A program made the position numbers and the translations under genes. A DNA stretch of 26,680 nt from Patescibacteria group bacterium. Its GTDB lineage: Bacteria > Patescibacteriota > Minisyncoccia > Phycocordibacterales > UBA9973. Shown piece after piece: positions 23,032-26,680 of this stretch. Numbering within the stretch: the first letter of the stretch is position 1; each line of letters begins with the position of its first letter. The notes under the pieces were generated by a model that was not told where the DNA came from, did not search any database, and saw nothing but the letters and a program-made list of their open reading frames with translations. Location of the stretch: the NCBI GenBank assembly GCA_038058205.1, contig JBBUBO010000036.1:1-26680 (forward strand), read 5' to 3'.

Positions 23032-23226
23032 TTAATTGAACGGTAGCAGGTGACTCTTTGGTTTATTTTTTATTACAAAATTCTGACCTTTGCGTCCTGC
23101 GAGTTGCATCGTGCGGGATTGCTTCGCATTGAAATGGTTAAAACCAGGTTTACGAGAAATAATCTTGCCGTTTTTGGTAAGCTTTAATCTTTTACTATAT
23201 GATTTATTTGTCTTCATTCCTTTCAT
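23032..23226 (-). CDS. rpmI: 50S ribosomal protein L35 (bL35); start may be 23217
   Basis: MKTNKSYSKRLKLTKNGKI..HFNAKQS; position between infC and rplT. Confidence 0.95.
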   Translation of the reverse strand: MKGMKTNKSYSKRLKLTKNGKIISRKPGFNHFNAKQSRTMQLAGRKGQNFVIKNKPKSHLLPFN

Positions 23227-23230
23227 ATAT

Positions 23231-23734
23231 TTACTTCCTTTCGATCGTTACAAACAATCCTTTTGGACCTCTTTTATAGCTATCGGCTACTTTATATTCT
23301 TCTGTGATTAAATGTAAGATTCGATCTAAGCGTTCTCGTAGGAATTTCTCATCCATATATTTAGCGCGGCCAGAAAGAAAAAGTTCTACCCTGATTCTAT
23401 GTCCTTCTTTGAGCCATTTTGAAGCAGTTTTAGCTTTTAGCTCTAAGTCATGGTCTCCAGTGCCTATTTTTATCTGGATTCCTTTTGTTTCTGTCGGTTT
23501 GGCGCCCGCTTTGGACTTCTTTAATTTTTTATTTACTTCATATTTATACTTGCCAAAGTCCATTATTTTCGCCAATGGAGGGTTTGCATTTGGACCCACT
23601 TCAATCAGGTCCAAGCCTTGATTTTGAGCTAATTCTAGCGCGTCCCTAACACTCAAAACACCGAGATTCTTGTTTTTGCTGTCCAAAACTCGAAGTTCTG
23701 TCGCCCGTATTTGGTTGTTTATTCTTTCACGCAA
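23231..23734 (-). CDS. infC: Translation initiation factor IF-3 (TTG start)
   Basis: RINNQIRATELRVLD..ALELAQ..GLDLIEV..KIMDFGKYKYE..IGTGDHDLELK. Confidence 0.98.
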   Translation of the reverse strand: MRERINNQIRATELRVLDSKNKNLGVLSVRDALELAQNQGLDLIEVGPNANPPLAKIMDFGKYKYEVNKKLKKSKAGAKPTETKGIQIKIGTGDHDLELKAKTASKWLKEGHRIRVELFLSGRAKYMDEKFLRERLDRILHLITEEYKVADSYKRGPKGLFVTIERK

Positions 23735-23761
23735 TGTATGTAAGTAGTTTGCTACTTAGGT

Positions 23762-23790
23762 ATATTAGCCCAATTAAGGCTTAAAGTCAA
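23762..23790 (-). promoter_or_regulatory. Promoter of infC-rpmI-rplT
   Basis: On the minus strand, TTGACT-17 nt-TAATAT. Confidence 0.7.
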
Positions 23791-23864
23791 CCCGAACACT
23801 TACTTGCAAGACGCGCCTCTGGCGCATTGTATTCAATATCTTGCTAGTAAGTGTGCGGGTCAAC
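23786..23864. mobile_element. MITE-like 67-bp element with 20-bp inverted ends and 6-bp direct repeats
   Basis: GTCAAC at 23786-23791 and 23859-23864; IRs 23792-23811 and 23839-23858 match 18/20. Confidence 0.6.
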
Positions 23865-23951
23865 TCAAAGAGAATCTGTGATAATATGTAAATATTTTCT
23901 TTTAGGGTATAATTGGCCTGACATTTTTATAAAATACAAAGTAATAATTTT

Positions 23952-25586
23952 ATGCTCAAACCAGAAATAATTCAACAACCCACAATACCACAACAGTTGA
24001 TAGAAGCTAAGCAGTCTGATGTAGTTCAGATTTTTACTTCTCCCACTGTGTTAACAGCATTAAGTCTTTTATTATTGGTTCTTTTTATTTTAATTTTATT
24101 TAGAAAAGTAATAACGGGTTTTATTACTAACAAGGCAACTAAAATTAGTGTGGGTGGAAATAAGGGGTTGGTGGTTGAAGGAAGTATGGTTTTGGAAAAG
24201 GAACAAAAGGATGATGAACAAGCCATTTCTGAACCTATTTCGAAAGAAGAAAAGGATAAAGAAATAGAAAAAACTGAAGATATCACTCCAGTTACTTTAG
24301 ATGATTGGCAACGTAAAATGTTTATTGCGCTTGTTTTTGAAAAGTCCCAAGAAAAAGCAGTTTTAGCCTTAGAAAAAATAAAAATTTTAACTCATGATAT
24401 AAAACTTGTAAAAGAAAATGAAATTGATTTTTGGCGTTTGAGTTATACCATGTTAGGGAACATTGATTCTATAAAAAAAATTTCAGAATTTGTTAAAGAA
24501 CCCAGTCTTTCTTTTTATGCTTATAGTGCACTAGGGAGCTGTTTTAACCACTCGGAAGATTTTAAGAAATCTATAGAAAATTATAATTTAGCTTACAGTC
24601 TTGCCACAACAGATGAAGATAAGGAATCCGTTATCTCACCTCTTAGTTCTGTTTTATATAAAGACAATCAGAAACCAACAGCGTTTGATATTATTGAGAA
24701 AAATATTGCTATAGTAAAATTATCTGAGATATCGTCAAAATTGTATGAAAATTTAGCGAGTCTTTATGAGAAAGAAAATAATTTTGAACTACGAGCTTTT
24801 GCTCTGGAAAAAGCTCTAGAATTAAGACCTAATAATACTGATCTTCTTTTTTCAACTGCGTATTCTTACGCTAAAGATAAATTTGATGATTTAGCTTTAT
24901 TTCATTACAAGCAAGTTGCTTCTTTGACTGAAGACAACCAAGGTACAACCAACAACCTGGGTGTTCAATATGAAAAAGCTGATATGCCTATTGCTTCAGT
25001 GGAAAATTATAAAAAGTCAATTAAAAAAGGTGAAACTTTAGCTTCAGCAAACCTCGCATATCGTTATATGAATGCTGGTTTTTTTGATGAAGCGCAAGAA
25101 GTAATTAATGAGGCAAAGTTAAAAGACGATGTTCATCCTAATGTAGGTAGTGCACTTTCTGATTTAGCAGAAAAGAAAGAAAAAGAGCAGGAGCAGGAAA
25201 ATGATTTAGTTAAAAGAGCCAGAAGGCAGAAAAAATTTGTTCTAGCTTTTTCTGAAGCATTATTTACTTCTGCGTCCTGTAATATAGCAAGTAAAGTATT
25301 AACTAACCAAGATTCAGTTGATTTTAATTTTAAAAACACAGACGGTTTTATAAGTTTGACTTGGTCTGAGAAAGATACAAAATACAGAATTAGGGGAAAT
25401 ATTAAAAATCGTGCTTTAAGAGCTAAATGGAGAAGGCTAGAGTATGACTTAACAGAAAAGGATTATTTATATAAAAATTATGGTGAAGCTTTTCTGTTTA
25501 TATTAGGAGATAATACCACACTGGAGGTAATGCTCACCGAGAATAAATATACTACTCGCAATTACTATTTTCATTTTTTAAAGTGA
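23952..25586 (+). CDS. Membrane-anchored TPR-repeat protein
   Basis: TM segment VLTALSLLLLVLFILILF; TPR-like units (ALGSCFNHSEDFKKSIENYNLA, ALEKALELRPNN, NNLGVQYE). Confidence 0.8.
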   Translation: MLKPEIIQQPTIPQQLIEAKQSDVVQIFTSPTVLTALSLLLLVLFILILFRKVITGFITNKATKISVGGNKGLVVEGSMVLEKEQKDDEQAISEPISKEEKDKEIEKTEDITPVTLDDWQRKMFIALVFEKSQEKAVLALEKIKILTHDIKLVKENEIDFWRLSYTMLGNIDSIKKISEFVKEPSLSFYAYSALGSCFNHSEDFKKSIENYNLAYSLATTDEDKESVISPLSSVLYKDNQKPTAFDIIEKNIAIVKLSEISSKLYENLASLYEKENNFELRAFALEKALELRPNNTDLLFSTAYSYAKDKFDDLALFHYKQVASLTEDNQGTTNNLGVQYEKADMPIASVENYKKSIKKGETLASANLAYRYMNAGFFDEAQEVINEAKLKDDVHPNVGSALSDLAEKKEKEQEQENDLVKRARRQKKFVLAFSEALFTSASCNIASKVLTNQDSVDFNFKNTDGFISLTWSEKDTKYRIRGNIKNRALRAKWRRLEYDLTEKDYLYKNYGEAFLFILGDNTTLEVMLTENKYTTRNYYFHFLK

Positions 25587-25605
25587 AATAAAGTTTTATA
25601 TATAA

Positions 25606-25902
25606 TCAGTGAATTTTTTTATCCAATAATTTGTAAAAAGTGAGTCCAAAGAAAGGCAGTATCAAGAAAAAGAGATAATCTTCTATCGGAATTAACCCAA
25701 TTTTAGTTCCAATTACTCCTGGCCCCAGATATGTCCAATGCCCATGAGAAATTGCAAAATAATCCCATATAAAACCTATTAAGAAAAATATTAAAGGAAT
25801 AACTATTCTTCCTTTCCATGACTGATATAATTGGATCTTAAATTTCCATTTTGTAAACAATCCAGCTACTAGAAAGAAACCTAATATGAGTAAATATTCC
25901 AT
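25606..25902 (-). CDS. Lycopene-cyclase-domain small membrane protein
   Basis: FIWDYFAISHGHWTY..IGTKIGLIPIEDYLFF in a 3-TM, 98-aa protein. Confidence 0.7.
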   Translation of the reverse strand: MEYLLILGFFLVAGLFTKWKFKIQLYQSWKGRIVIPLIFFLIGFIWDYFAISHGHWTYLGPGVIGTKIGLIPIEDYLFFLILPFFGLTFYKLLDKKIH

Positions 25903-25932
25903 ATTAAAAGCATAACATATTTTTACAAATAT

Positions 25933-26196
25933 TTATTTTGGGGACATATTTTTATTGTACAAACTTATTAACTTTTCTTTTTTATTTCTACGCCATTTTT
26001 TAATTTGAATTTCTCTGGAACGAGCTTCTTTAAAGGTAGGATGGGTTTCAAGAAAAACTATTTTAAACTCATCACGATTTTTTGTAAAAACCGCACCTTG
26101 TTTAGAGTTATGTTCTTTTAATCTGCGTTCAGTATTATTTGTAATACCTATATATAAATTCTCATATGAATTTTTAATCATATATACGAAATACAT
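25933..26196 (-). CDS. Small GIY-YIG nuclease (UPF0213/COG2827-like)
   Basis: YFVYMI..LYIGITNNTERRLKEHN..AVFTK..EARSREIQIKKWRRNKKEKLI. Confidence 0.93.
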   Translation of the reverse strand: MYFVYMIKNSYENLYIGITNNTERRLKEHNSKQGAVFTKNRDEFKIVFLETHPTFKEARSREIQIKKWRRNKKEKLISLYNKNMSPK

Positions 26197-26216
26197 GAAT
26201 AAATTTTAACACATAT

Positions 26217-26336
26217 GCCCATTCGACTCACTACGTTCGCTCAGGGCACTCGCCTCAAAATACCTTCCGATTTCCTCAGAGTTATTTTTGTTGTGGCTTG
26301 CCACGAGCGAATTTTGTTCTTACAAAATGAGTCGAG
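26217..26336. repeat. Palindrome-rich spacer between tmRNA and GIY-YIG
   Basis: GCCC-ATTCGACTCACTACGTTCGCTCA-GGGC; GTGGC-TT-GCCAC; ATTTTGT-TCTT-ACAAAAT. Confidence 0.45.
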
Positions 26337-26680
26337 TGGAGATGCGGGGAATCGAACCCCGGTGCAGAAGGTTGTTGCTAAAGAAGTCTACATACATAGC
26401 ACATTTTTGGTTTAAATTAAAAAATTAAGAAATGTGCAAAATATTTTTTAACCGAGCCCTTTTGTTTTGAAAAAAAGTCAGGACATTCTTTTTTCTATCC
26501 CGATAATATTATGCCTCAACTCATATATCGGAAGTCTATGAGAGAGACACGAGCTTACGCGAAAGCGGAAACTCGAGCGAAAGCAAAGTTCTCATTACCG
26601 AAGTAAGGAGAAACTAATGCTTTAGCTTTGGAAGCTAATTTTGCAATTAAGCTATTGGACGAATTTTTACGAGATTACGT
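26337..26680 (-). ncRNA. ssrA: tmRNA, 3' part (5' end beyond the window)
   Basis: 3' tRNA-like end GGGG-TTCGATT-CCCC-GCATCTCCA (T-arm, acceptor strand, discriminator A; CCA not encoded); upstream tag ORF with resume context TTAATT-GCA-AAA ending in ..AFA-TAA. Confidence 0.92.
26555..26644 (-). other. tmRNA tag reading frame AKLASKAKALVSPYFGNENFAFARVSAFA*
   Basis: GCA resume codon at 26644; open for 29 codons; hydrophobic/Ala C-terminus. Confidence 0.75.

Noticed and set aside
23732-23734. Non-ATG start of infC as a novelty
   Set aside because: Non-canonical infC starts used for autoregulation are established knowledge.
275-25339. Many short antisense or overlapping ORFs in the six-frame track (e.g. 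4625-5326, 9938-10339, 16041-16433, 22064-22459)
   Set aside because: They are shadows of confidently identified genes on the opposite strand or frame, with no recognisable motifs.
23952-26336. Prophage or integrative island at ssrA
   Set aside because: No integrase, phage genes or duplicated ssrA 3' end are visible in the window.
26337-26365. tRNA gene
   Set aside because: Only a T-arm and 3' acceptor strand are present, with no anticodon or D arm. The upstream tag frame identifies tmRNA.
26215-26415. 66-aa plus-strand ORF
   Set aside because: It runs antisense to the tmRNA 3' end and repeat spacer, with no protein features.

Overview
AT-rich bacterial chromosome segment, most likely Patescibacteria/CPR (Parcubacteria-like). 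This is inferred from the missing rpmD, the shortened uL15/uL3, the archaeal-type pyrH and the stand-alone VirD4-like ATPase. The window holds the 3' end of tuf, then the S10-spc ribosomal protein cluster through secY (no rpmD). Next come adk-pyrH-map, a 922-aa VirD4/TraD-like ATPase, a DUF559 endonuclease, CYTH, ndk, a HEPN-like ORF, a beta-CASP MBL RNase and a LOG-family gene. The end of the window has infC-rpmI-rplT on the minus strand, a TPR membrane protein, a lycopene-cyclase-domain gene, a GIY-YIG nuclease and the 3' ~345 nt of tmRNA. The gene content is mostly housekeeping, and the unusual signal is non-coding. (1) Several families of short palindromic elements fill the spacers. One family flanks the DUF559 gene as direct repeats and recurs at four other loci, others sit in-frame inside rpsQ and rplR, and two MITE-like elements have 6-bp direct repeats. 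(2) A second, synonymously recoded copy of the rplB C-terminus lies just after its stop codon. (3) About ten genes have a -10 hexamer exactly 6 nt before the ATG, a leaderless layout. (4) Two small-gene cassettes have their own promoter and terminator. (5) There is a ~126-nt 6S-like structured RNA candidate. (6) The tmRNA tag is 29 aa long. All family assignments come from motif recognition by eye; no database searches were run.
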